From assembly GCA_051294905.1 (NCBI GenBank), contig CM119371.1, positions 18,602,001-18,666,000 on the forward strand: 64,000 nucleotides of DNA, in the 5' to 3' direction. Position numbers and translations under genes: made by a program. The stretch comes from Botryllus schlosseri. Lineage: Eukaryota. The notes beneath the pieces are model-generated. The model saw only the letters and a program-made list of their open reading frames with translations. It was not told where the DNA came from and ran no database searches. Shown in pieces: positions 23,601 through 35,461 of this stretch. Positions within the stretch are counted from its first letter, which is position 1. Each line of letters begins with the position of its first letter.

Positions 23601-26600
23601 TTGGCTACATACCCGACTTTTGTAATCTAGGCCCACATTTTGCGTTACTCGTGGTGTTTTTTTTTTGGATATGTTAAGCTAACAAGGAGAGCAAATTGAC
23701 AGAAAGAGAGTACATTTTGGCGAAAGGGTGACTGGGAAATGAAGGACATATGCTCCCCTAAATGAGGCCGCATGGTAACCCTATTAAAATAGGAGGGTCG
23801 ACGGGGACATCAAATATATCGCGTTGCTGTCAACCAGAAAACGCGAGTTTTGTCAAGTCGCAGATTGATGACTGACAGCGATTGTGTCACGCTCGATTGA
23901 TCACAGCTGATTTACGTACATCACACCGCGTCGTTGACCGTTGACCGCATGTTGACCGGTAAAGCTATTGTCATCGTGACACGATTTTTACCAATATACT
24001 CCTTGAGGTACCAAATCTGATCGCCCTAATAACACCTGTATAGACGAATCAAACAGAATCCCGCCAAAGGAGCGATACCAAGTCTCCTTGTACGTAAATT
24101 ATTATACAACGACACCTATATTACAGCAGAACAATCTTGTCTGGACGGGGGGAGGTCACGAAACATCTCCGGACCCGGCGCAGATTTCATCAGTTTTCAG
24201 CGAAGCCAGATTGGATGCGACCAAATGGCCTTGAAAGTCGGATTTATACTATATTTTGTCCTCACAACATGTGAAAATAACAGGACTTTACGTGCTAGCC
24301 ACATTTTCTGGACTTTGATTTGGCAACCCGAGTCGGGGTGGAGTCAGAATTCGAAATCTCTCGCTCATCTTTACACCTCACCGAAAGTAGGCTAGATCGC
24401 ATCTCGTATGATCTGACACAATTTATCCCCCATTATTGCACCACCGCAACCGAGCGTGTTTCAACAAAATAACGTCGGTCCACCCCGCTAAAGCGAGCTA
24501 TCCCAGATTCGTCACTGTACAATTGAATCTGACATCGTACTCGCAGTTACCGAGAGGAAAATGCAAGGCTCAAAGGCGTGACACAGCAATTCTCTGACGG
24601 TAACACTCCCCCCGAATCCATATATCCGTAGTATGATGCCGCAAATATGCTTGGGGGTGTTGGCATAACATGTGCTGAGGATATATGATGCCGCAAATAT
24701 GCTTGGAGGTGTTGGCATAAAATGTGTTGAGGATATATTTACGACACATACGCGAACACAACTGATTGTCTGCAGCGAAATTTGTCGACTTCGAGCGATA
24801 GTGCGTGGCTGCCGAAGCAATATACCCGTAGTATGATATTGTAAATATGTGTGGAGGTGTTGAGGATTTTTTTACGGGGCACGCGGACACAAGTGATTGT
24901 CTGCAGCGAAATGAGTCGCCCTCGAACGACAACTGCGTGGTGAGCTCGTGATCGATATGTGTATGTTACAGACGGGCAAAGCATTCGTTCGCCAACAGAT
25001 CGATTCAAGTTGTGCAATGTACATCATGTACAACATACAAAATTAATATGCCGCGGTAAATTGTATGTTATTTACAGACACCGGCCCGATTACGCTTGAC
25101 CAGACGTGAAGCAGTAAAAGAACCCATCATAAATACATTGTTTGGTTGGGACTGTCTGTCCTAAGACGCTAGAACGCGGTATAAGTATGGAACAGCAGTT
25201 GTTGCTTGCACCGATTACTAGGTACGTAATGCCGGAAGTTAACACGTTGATGAATTGAGGATCAGCTATTTGTTTAATTACTTATTATTTTCATAATCCT
25301 GCTTTATTTAAGTCAATCCATGTCGGGGCGCCTAATACAAATTTCTACCAAATCTGATTCTCGGTATGACTCGAAATGACACACATATTTATAATCATAA
25401 CAGATCATTTCTCCTCACTATTTAAGTCAACAAAACAGCAAAAGGCGGACAAGTACGACAGTATGAGACAGACCACAAGCGTCACTTTACACAGCCGGAC
25501 GTATGGACACCTAAAACACGCACCAGAATCTAACGGATCAGGAGAAAACTACACTGACGTCACGACCGGTAATTATGACCTCCCCGTACACGAAATTGAA
25601 TCAAACGCGGAGCGACAAGTCATCCGAGGGGGATTTGAGGGGCAATTATTTCCAAGACTCGTCCTCGGATTGGCCACGGACCGATAGGTCACGACAGGTG
25701 GCTATTATCAAGCCTCATTAAAAAAATACTAAATATACAAGTCTCGTGTTCAGAGATCAAGCGAGGTAAAATCAGGAGTGCAAATTAAAAACCGAGCCAT
25801 TGCTATTCATGGGAAAATATAATAAATACTATCAAATACGTGGGAAAATATAATAAATACCCAATACGCAAGTCTCGTGTCCAGAAGTCAGGCGAGGTAG
25901 AATCAGGAGTGGAAAAAGTACAAGTAGAATGACTCCAGTACAAAGGTCAATCCAGATTCTTTGTTCGTTTTCTCTCAGTCAATCCCCCTTTTTTAATTGC
26001 CGCACAGTCAGAAGGGAAATCCCCTCGAGTATTGCTGCAAAAATGAGAATGAGCTAATTCTTTCACTATCTTTTATCTTGATAATCTTTGTTTGTTCTTT
26101 ATAAATCGCGAATGGGCGCGTCGTGCACATTTATCTAACTACTTATATAATATTTTATCGACCTGATTAAACTTACTATGTTAATTTTTTTTATTGCTGG
26201 TGCAATGACCTGACTTTGGGGCGCACGCATTTTCAAAGGTAGTTTATAAAAATATCATGAATTCAAAATGGCAATGACTTATTTCGTGTCATGAATGTGA
26301 TTTTAGATTGACAACTCCAGCACGTTTATTACTTTAAGCGATTTATTTGGAATAAGCGATCAATGCGCGTGTTAAGTAGATTCCGCATCTATAGGTGCAC
26401 TGGACAGTAGGCACAATATTAACTTATTCATAACTACCGCCACGACTCGAAGCAATCTAAAATGCGACGAGTTGAATATAAACGCCTTTTGCAGTAAAGA
26501 AACGATCAAGAAGTAACGTAAAATGTAAGACTTGTAATGTAATGAAGTCGTTGCTGATTTCAAATTATGAGCTGCCAGATAAAGTAACCGAATGAATTAA

Positions 26601-26893
26601 ATATTTAGGACATCAGTAAATTACGTTCGTCTTCACGGAAGAACGTGCAGAAAGCAAGTTTTACATAGTAAGACATTAGCTGACGGGTAAGTAAAGGTCG
26701 CATGGTTATGATGCTGTCAGCAGGTACCATAAGCAAATCTATAACCAGATTCTCGTGCTGTTCTAAGAATCCGTACAATCCACTTCTTCACTAGTTTCCA
26801 CAAATTGGTTAGGCCTATTGAGGATAAGCAGCTTATAAAACTCGCTAAATGTTTATGACGTTATAACGAATACGTTATCATAAATTCAATACT

Positions 26894-28445
26894 TGATTTG
26901 CTCTAAATATATAGGCTAGTTATTATCTCCATTTCCTCGCCTACGCGTTTTGGCTCATCATCCTAAATAGGCTATAGTGCGTCACGCGAATGGATCCATA
27001 TGTTGCATTCAACCCTCGAGCCAAAACAAGCCGCAGGCACCTTAGTTGCAATTAAATTACCCTTATTCTCGACCTACAAAAATTATGCTGGTATTAGATT
27101 GAAGACCAATGTGTCAGCTGTTGGGAGTTTATCGCATCGGCGGGCGACGATGACACTACAAATAACAACTGTACGTGTACACAGGTTTGTGTTGCCACAT
27201 ATTGTAGTGTTGCGACATAGGCCGGACGCATCAGTCCAAATTCTGAAAGCGAGAAAAGCCACTCTGATCTTATTTGATGTGGAATTTAACCCAACGGAAT
27301 CTCAAGTTCGTGCCCATTGGACTGACAGCTGTGTCATAGATGTCTGCGAAAACGAGCTCATTCGATTTATTGGGGTCGTCAATATTCAACGAAAATTGGG
27401 CTACATAATTGTGCGCGGGTCGCATTGTTAAATGTGAATTGGTTAGCATCCAGCTACACATACTGCGCTATATCGATAAAGCATCAATGCTAGTTGAATA
27501 TGCTCGTTTGTACGTCTATAATGTTATGGCACACTCGTCGTTTATTATTGCTCATGATTTACAGAGCCACTTACATTGAGCGCTTGTTGTACGTCTGCAA
27601 TAGTAATTGTACACTCGTCGCCTCGCCGTGCAATTGAGGGCGCGGGCTCGGAAGCGTACGGTAACCATCTCTAATTTAATGGCAGCTTTCTTGAGGCTGG
27701 AAAATGGACCTGAATCCTTTTCTGAGGTCGACGAGAAACATTATAGCAAACATATCACAATATGTAATATCACAATATTAAAAGAATAACTGGAAAAATG
27801 TGTTTCAATGCTTGAATGCTAATCGTCGCGAATTCGATGTCGTATTAATTAAAATATTTATCAATGAACATTAATAATGAACGTAATTAGATGTAGCTAG
27901 CAATAGCTTAGTCGTATATAGCCAATGTAATTATCATTAATAACGAACGTAATTAGAGGAAGCTAGCAATAGCTTAGTCGTATACGAGCTTCGTTCAATG
28001 TTTATACTTGAAAGTTGCTGATAGCCTTTTAAAAGCTTCAATACGGACAGGGTTTGGCAGCGAGTGCGATAGTGTAATGGTCACGGTTCTGTTCTACAAG
28101 ACATAGGGTCCTCGGTTCAAATCAGGGAGAGGAGCCGTATTCATTCGGCGTTATAGGTTCAGTACAGACGGGATTTCTCAGTGTAGTGTAGTTGGTTACA
28201 GTTCAGGTCTATAAGACACGAGGTTCTCGGTTCGATTCCGGGATTCCGGGAGAAGATGCGTTTTCATATCGGAGTAGTGAGATCCTCGGTTCAATTCTCG
28301 GCGAGAATCCGTTCTCATAATCCTTTAAAATTCGAGACAGCAAAATTAAAAAAAAATACGCGGGAAAATTTAAATTTGAAAGTGGGCGTGGCTGGACACG
28401 TGGCGTAATCTCATTGGTGGCTATAATCGGCCTACTCCTACTACT
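26894..28445. repeat. 1.55-kb unit, copy 1 (copy 2 = 40125-40297 plus 47421-48808)
   Basis: Near-identical sequence with shared ends TGATTTGCTCTAAAT... and ...CCTACTCCTACTACT. Confidence 0.9.
28058..28318 (+). ncRNA. Tandem tRNA-like (Pol III A/B box) cassettes: two full, one partial
   Basis: A-box-like TAGTGTAATGG / TAGTGTAGTTGG and B-box GGTTCAAATC / GGTTCGATTCC / GGTTCAATTC. No convincing acceptor stem, so not true tRNAs. Confidence 0.55.
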
Positions 28446-29208
28446 AATACCCTAGCTAGATGTTAGCAACCGCTAATACTCGTAGTCAAAGAAGACGAGC
28501 AATTTCACATTTGACATTAAAGGTAATTTGCACAATGTACCGGAACGTCTACTACGATAAATTTTACCAATATTGCTCTTTGTGCGATTGAATTACTCAT
28601 CATTACTTTCGCTTTCACATCACCAGCTGTCAAAATAGGCTTCTTTGAATGCAGATATGATTCCTACAAAATATGCGATGACATCCACGCCAAAGATACC
28701 GCCAGCAATGGATAAACTTTGCATCAACCGAATCCATTTTTCTATTACTTTCATAGACATGTCATTCGTTTGATATCTCTAATTAACTAAGTTTGGCGTG
28801 CTCTGGAGATCGTATCTAGGAAAGCATATCAATGGACTAATTCCGACCTCAAATGTCGTTCTATACTGTATAGGACACACCACGATCTACGATTTACTTA
28901 TGGAATTAAATGCCAAGTTGCTGTGCAGTTTATTTCAGTAACTTAAATACATTAGTAGACTCACAATTTACATGTAACACACGCGTTGACCGCAAGACTA
29001 TCACACATCACAAATGTCAATACGGATCGAAAATACACATACATGACGCTGAGTAGGCCTACTATACTAAAATGCACTCAAGTGCTACCTATACTGAACA
29101 ACATCCAACATTTCATGGAACTAGTTCCATTGAAAACCAATCAGTGATTAGTTTATCCAACGAACGTGAATTGGAGAGCAACTAATCATATCCAAATAGA
29201 GTTTGAAC

Positions 29209-29567
29209 TAGGGTTACCATATTTTGGGTTCCGGACTGGAGGACACTATTTACAAGTCACAAATGTTAGATTACCGCACTAGAAACCTACTGATGTCAAA
29301 ATATTTACCGGGATTTTTGTGTTGACTAAGAAAAGGGCATTTTTATAGTCCGACTCCCTAAAGAACCGCTGCAGCATCCACATTACGGATTTTGCGTTAT
29401 ATATATGGCGTTTTTTTAGTTATGCTTGACATGACCAGTGACCACTGATGACCACTGGTATGTCTGTAAAAGCCATAAAGGAGGACGAATTGATGAAAAT
29501 GATGAATCTTTCAATTTCCTGAAAAAGGAGGACAAATCTTCCTAAACGGGGACATATGATAACCCTA
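29209..29567. mobile_element. Short hAT-type MITE (related copy ~37406-37701)
   Basis: TAGGGTTACCATA...TATGATAACCCTA, flanked by TTTGAAC repeats. Confidence 0.7.
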
Positions 29568-29745
29568 TTTGAACCAAATTACTAAAGGGCCAAATACTTC
29601 TCCCCCCGTAAATATAATTATGAAATCTGTAAAGCTGCATGACACATGACAAATCTTCAGTAAAAAGTATTGAAAGAGCACTTATGACAAAATGGAAGAA
29701 AAATGTCTCTCTTAGACTGGAAATTAGACTCACATCGACCTAGGG

Positions 29746-31305
29746 CAGAGGTCTCAAACACGCGGCCCGCAGGCCGCATGCGGCCCTCGTGAACATTTTG
29801 TGCGGCCCGCGAAGGCATTTTTCAATTTCAAGTATTCGACAATATATTCTAGTGTCATATATCTTTTTTTAGATGTAGGAACTTAAAGTTCACCCTAAAA
29901 CTACTATAAAACCCTGGAATCTAAACAAACTTCACTATAACATCACTTTCTAAAATCTACCATGCAGTGGAAGATCGCTATCACGTCACATTTCAGGTTC
30001 ATGATGATAAAACATGAACCGTTGATGATTCGTGACTGAAAATAGTGATTTTGTGTGGTGCGACCTTTCGTCAAATTACTCGATTTTGGATTGACTGAGT
30101 GATAAAGTAAAAGTGACTCGAGTTGAGTGGGGTCGAACGTTAAAATCAGAGAAGGACTTGACTCTCGGAATACTGACTTGGCAATCCTACTGACGCAAAA
30201 ATCTAGGAAGCTGTCGTGGGGAATAGTAATATATTAAAAGCCCTTAGCTTGCATTGCGTAGGGTATATAGAATATAGAAATCTAATCAGGTCTGTATGGG
30301 AACCATTGGCATTCTGTGGCCCCGTGACGTATATTTACATTCTGGATGTTGTTTGTGCTCTCTGTCCTTGTTATTATCGGTTGCGAGTAAGGTAGTGGTA
30401 CGCTCCACAGCTGCAACACCAATGGATTCTTCCGCGATGAGTCATTTCTATTCCAGGGGTTCCTAACCAAGGGTACGTATTCCCTTCGTGGTACAAAGAA
30501 CCATAGGGGGTACCAGATGCATTGTGGAAATTGGCCTATAAGCTGTGGAATACTTTCTGGGCTAATTTATTCAACTGGAAAATATTTTTCGCGATACGCG
30601 CGGTTTTATGTGAATCGTCTTTCTGATTGTTATAGGTCCCATCAGAAATTGTGTTGAAAATCGACAGGGGTCACTGGAAATCTAATTGAAAGTACAAGGG
30701 GTACGATCGCTAAAACGGTTAAGAAACAATGCTATTACTATGAAACAATGATGATTATATTCAAGTTGTTATTGATCTGTTCCAATATTAATCGAAGAAA
30801 ACTTAACGCTGGTTTAATTTGACCTTGGCAATGACAGTAACAATAGCCTATACTTATCACGAGTATATCAAAAACCCCAATTATAGGCTACACCGCTCAC
30901 ATGCTCTGATATCAGATCAATCTTTGGTGAATTCTAAAATATTCTACATAAAATTGTGGCATTTCAAAGGTCCAATAGCTGCAATATTACAGCTCGATAG
31001 CTTTTACGATATCATCATGCGTCCTATCGCATGATGTCTAAACTCATTATTTCTAACAAATTATGCCCGGCACAAAAACTATTTTATTCAAATATTTGAA
31101 AATGTGATTTGTTCGTGCCAAGCGTGAATAGTATAATAGTAAATTGCATTTTCTCGATGGCTGTGGAATGCCTGTCTGCAAGGTGCCGTTAAATAAGGCC
31201 AAGTTGAATATTATATTGAATACCTCCATTTATTGATGCTGCGGCCCGCGGGTCATCACAAATTAGGAAATTGGCCCGCGAGCACATTTGAGTTTGAGAC
31301 CTCTG
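29746..31305 (+). mobile_element. hAT (Charlie-like) MITE
   Basis: TIR CAGAGGTCTCAAAC; GCGGCCCGC subterminal motifs; 8-bp TSD ACCTAGGG. Confidence 0.92.
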
Positions 31306-31957
31306 ACCTAGGGTGTGTGTTTTCGCAGTTGTAACAGTCAATTAAACTATGTCTAGTAAATTCATCAGTGCGTTGCAGTGTAATGTTCATCGATTAAATC
31401 GAAGTCTTTTTAGAATATAGGTGATATAGATGCAATACATGGCGAAAGGTGGTAACAAGAGGTACGTAATCATGAATAGTGGTCGAGAGCAACGCCATAG
31501 CGAGTTTGATTTCATATTGCCATCGACGTGACTATGAGATATCTCGGATAAATCTAACAATAATTCGATATTAACACAGATAAACAAAGTTCCATGGGCT
31601 TAATTAGTTTACCCCTCTTATCGTGACACATCTAACAGTACTGCGACATTTCAGGCACAGGCACTTAAGTTTTTAAACTATTCTTACGAGTGTTTTTGTT
31701 CCACAAAAATCTCATATGCCTGCATCGACGGTATGATTTTTGGCATCAGAATTCATATGCCTGAAGGTAATTTTTCCCAAAAAAATCAGCTATCCATAGG
31801 AATACTGAGATGGGAGATTTCTGTCTACCGAATGCACATACGATTTTTATACCATTGTAAATCCGAAGGTTCTTTTCAGATGCGACCTTCTGGTAAATTC
31901 TTCCCGCAAGCATAGCATTTACGATTTTTGACACGAGCCCGAGCATGCATTGTCACC

Positions 31958-33418
31958 TTATTTAGGGCTTGTCATACGAGCATGAATATCAATATGCCTC
32001 TTCCATGCAGATTTTGACATGTATTCCGCATCACAAATGTTGCATTTATATTTCTTGAAACCCGCATGAATATACATGTGTGTCTGGAGTTGATACTTGT
32101 GACCAAATTGTTTCCCACAAATATCACATTTATGATTTCTTCCGGCATGCATGTTACAATGGCTGTCCAAGCCTGATTTAAAAGTAAATTCTTTCCCGCA
32201 CACACCGCAGCTATATATGCGCAGAGCTGTATGCATATCCATATGTGTCTTGAGACTATCCTTTTGAGTAAATTCTTTCCCACAAACATCACATTCATGA
32301 TCCTTGACACCAGCATGTATTTTCATGTGATTGTTAAGGCTGCCCTTCTGAGCAAATCCTCTTCCACAAACTTCACATTCAAATTTTTTGCTGCCAGCAT
32401 GAAACATCATGTGAGTTCGGAGGGAACTCGTGTAACTAAATTTCTTCCCACAGACATCACATTTATGATTCCTGACACCGGCATGCATCATCATGTGAGT
32501 GCTAAGGTCGCTTTTCCGAATGAACTCTTTCCCACACACACCACATCCATGGTCCTTGACACAGGCATGAATCTTCATGTGAATCTTCACGAGATGCTTT
32601 CGAGCAAATTCTTTCCCGCAAATATAACATTCATGATTCTCGTCACTAACATGAGTATTATTATGATGCCTCTTTAATTCATATTTGTCGATAAATGCTT
32701 TTCCACAAACATCACAGCAATGATTTTTGACACCAACATGAATATTCATGTGAGCGTTCAGGCCAGCCTTCAAGGCCAATTCCTTCCCACAAATAAAACA
32801 GCGATAATTCCTGCCACCGGTATGCGTATTCATATGTGCCTTAAGAGGAGTCTTTCGAGAGAAATCTTTCCCGCAAACATCACAGCTATGGTTCTTGACA
32901 CCGGAATGCATATTAATATGATTCTTGAGATGATGTGTTCGAGCAAATTTTTTCCCACAAATTTCGCATTCATGTTTTTTGACACCAACATGGATATTAA
33001 CATGACGCTTCAAGACAGATTTTGCAGTAAACGCTTGTCCACAAATATCACAGTTATGTCTACTGACATTCCTGCCACCGGTATGCGTATTCATATGTGC
33101 CTTAAGAGAAGTCGCTCGAGAAAAATCTTTCCCGCAAACATCACAGCTATGGTTCTTGACACCGGAATGCATATTAATATGATTCTTGAGATTATATTTT
33201 CGAGCAAATTGCTTCCCACAAATTTCGCATTCATGATTTTTGACACCAAAATGGGTATTAACATGAATCTTCAAGGAGTATTTTGAAATACATGCTTGTC
33301 CACAAATATCGCAAGTATGTCTACTGACACCAGCAGGCATAGTCATGTCTGTTTTGTACACTATTGTAGGCAAACTCTTTCCTGCAAAACGCACAGCTGT
33401 AATTTTACACACCAACAT
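31958..33418 (-). CDS. Tandem C2H2 zinc-finger protein (16 fingers); true 5' end uncertain
   Basis: 16 C-x2-C-x12-H-x3/4-H repeats with H(A/V)GVKNHxC linkers. Degenerate fingers lie both upstream and downstream of the open frame. Confidence 0.85.
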   Translation of the reverse strand: MLVCKITAVRFAGKSLPTIVYKTDMTMPAGVSRHTCDICGQACISKYSLKIHVNTHFGVKNHECEICGKQFARKYNLKNHINMHSGVKNHSCDVCGKDFSRATSLKAHMNTHTGGRNVSRHNCDICGQAFTAKSVLKRHVNIHVGVKKHECEICGKKFARTHHLKNHINMHSGVKNHSCDVCGKDFSRKTPLKAHMNTHTGGRNYRCFICGKELALKAGLNAHMNIHVGVKNHCCDVCGKAFIDKYELKRHHNNTHVSDENHECYICGKEFARKHLVKIHMKIHACVKDHGCGVCGKEFIRKSDLSTHMMMHAGVRNHKCDVCGKKFSYTSSLRTHMMFHAGSKKFECEVCGRGFAQKGSLNNHMKIHAGVKDHECDVCGKEFTQKDSLKTHMDMHTALRIYSCGVCGKEFTFKSGLDSHCNMHAGRNHKCDICGKQFGHKYQLQTHMYIHAGFKKYKCNICDAEYMSKSAWKRHIDIHARMTSPK

Positions 33419-33442
33419 GAATATTCATGTAAGCCTTTAGAC

Positions 33443-35461
33443 CAGTGATTCCCAACCGCGGCCCTGAGGGCCGCATGCGGCCCCCAGCTAGCCTTCTTGC
33501 GGCCCCCACAAAAATATTAAGAAATCGCTTTATGAAAAAAAAAATATATTTATAAAATACTTTTGCTTGGCTTGGAGTCTGGAGTTTTCAATTAGGATTG
33601 CAGGAAAGTTGTGAGTAGACTGCTAAGATTACGTCACTGTTGTTTCAATGCAATGTGCCCTAACTTTCCAGTTCAACGGGCAGTACCTATAGATATAGGT
33701 ATTGACAGGACCGTAACTGCCGCATCTCAAGCCCCCCAATTGGGGGGAGCGAGCTCGAAGGGGGCCCAAAATTATTTAGTGAATTAGCATAAATTATATG
33801 AAATTTTTTGCACCTTTTTCAACGATTTTTCGCGCTGCGCGCGATTTCGAGTATCCAAGTACCTTCATTATTCGGTACTCTTCGACAAAGATAAAATAGA
33901 TTTATAGAAGTAGGCATACCGGTGTTGGCCATTACCGCGCCTCTACGCACGAAGACATATACAGTTTTAGGCCATGTAACATGCGACTCCAAGAAGCGTA
34001 CCAGGACGATCGGCAGCGAGAAGACCTTTGCCGAAAAGGACTGCCCTTACGCTGACCGAAAACTTCGTTATGTATATTCAAAATACATATAGGTATAATT
34101 GACCATAGGCGCGTAAATGACTGGCGCCGAATGTTCCTGTCTTGGCAATCTGAACGTCACGAGACAAATAGGCTGCCATCCCGCAGGGAAAAATTATATG
34201 CCAGTGAAGAACTACCAATTGGAAATTGTGTGCATCTTTTAGTTTAGTATGTTTGGGCGATTCTATATTTCTTGATATAGCAGACTGGAGGTCACGAAAT
34301 AACAAATAACATCATGTAACGAAGTCGTACCAACGGGTTCGCCCGTCCGAATACGTTTAATTATTATTTACGGGCTCTACAGTTTCCAAGACACCTCATT
34401 CAGCTCTACAGGTAAATCTGATTACGTGAGCAGAGAGGACAAGTAATTGATAGCAATATATATGCAATTGCCGATCTTATTGACCTAATTTATTTTGAAT
34501 TATCGAAAATTTTCGAGCTCCATGCTGGCTCACTAAACGGGGATCCTAATTTCGTGGCAGAAGCGAACAACAGGACGGGGGGTCGGTTTATCACCCAATG
34601 GGAGCTCAAGACCTAAGTGTTTTGGGGGGCATAACGAAGTGCTGTTTCGTTCCTGCCAACAGGTATACGCCCGAAGATGTTTAATTATTATTGAGTGGTC
34701 CTACCGTTTCAAACACAACTCACTCGGCTCAACCGGTCAATCTGATTACGTGAGCAGAGAGAGGATAAAAATTGATACCAATATATATGCAATTCCCGAT
34801 TATATTGACTGATTCAATCATGAATTTTATAAATTTTCCGCGCTTCGCGCGATTAGTCGAGAGAAGCTGCCTAAAACGGACACCCGATTTAGATGATAAA
34901 TGACGGTAAATAGCCATCTAGCCTGAGGAGGTCTGGGGGCTTCGAAGTTCTGTTTATCACCCTATGGGGGGCTCAAGAGAAACGTTTTTTTTGTGGGGGG
35001 CGGCTGACTAAGTGCTGTTACGGCCCTTGGTATTGATAACTCATTTACGGATAGATGTGCAACAAGTGACTCACGATTGAATACGCCGAGATGCGTACTG
35101 CTTAGCCAGCAAAAAGCAGCATAATTTGTAGTCCTATAGCTCGCGACCCAAGCGTCCGTATAATTTGATATGTCGGTGTTTATCGAAAGCAAGTGTCGCA
35201 CTGATTCCAAAAATAGGAGTTGAAATCTCGCCAGGGCAATAAAACTACTCCGAAATAGCCAGCAAAGGTTGATTGTTCTGAACAACGGGAGCGCGGCAAC
35301 GCAATGGCCAATGGCGTCAAGCGAATGATCGGAACAATGCCAATTTTCATATTTTGGTGACTATTTTGGGTTCCTTCCATTGCCTTGGTATTCGTGCGGC
35401 CCCGGCCGTACTCTGAAATTCTAAATTTGGCCCTGCCACCGAAAAAGGTTGGGAACCACTG
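33443..35461 (+). mobile_element. Composite hAT MITE inserted in degenerate zinc-finger sequence
   Basis: TIR CAGTG(A/G)TTCCCAACC; TSD CTTTAGAC. Contains nested element 33706-35028 with TSD GGTATTGA. Confidence 0.9.

Larger units (their letters stand above)
5387..26143. mobile_element. Giant palindromic, non-autonomous Polinton/Maverick-like element carrying IAP cargo
   Basis: Begins AGTAGTTAGATAAATGTGCAC (5387) and ends GTGCACATTTATCTAACTACT (26143). Flanked by TATATA at 5381-5386 and 26144-26149. The arms are reverse complements throughout. No pPolB, integrase, ATPase or capsid ORF recognised. Confidence 0.75.
14165..26143 (-). repeat. Right arm of giant inverted repeat (~6520 bp after removing two insertions)
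   Basis: Same mirrored sequence. I saw only about six substitutions and two homopolymer length differences by eye. Confidence 0.97.

Noticed and set aside
5387..26143. Assembly or chimeric-read artefact
   Set aside because: Arm-specific insertions with TSDs, scattered substitutions and element-like termini argue against it; long-read confirmation is still advisable.
27000..27461. ORFs inside the 1.55-kb unit
   Set aside because: No recognisable domain in either orientation; cannot be supported without a search.
28058..28318. Functional tRNA genes
   Set aside because: A and B boxes are present, but I could not form acceptor and anticodon stems.
32231..33286. Plus-strand ORFs of 148 and 188 aa
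   Set aside because: Antisense shadows of the zinc-finger repeat.
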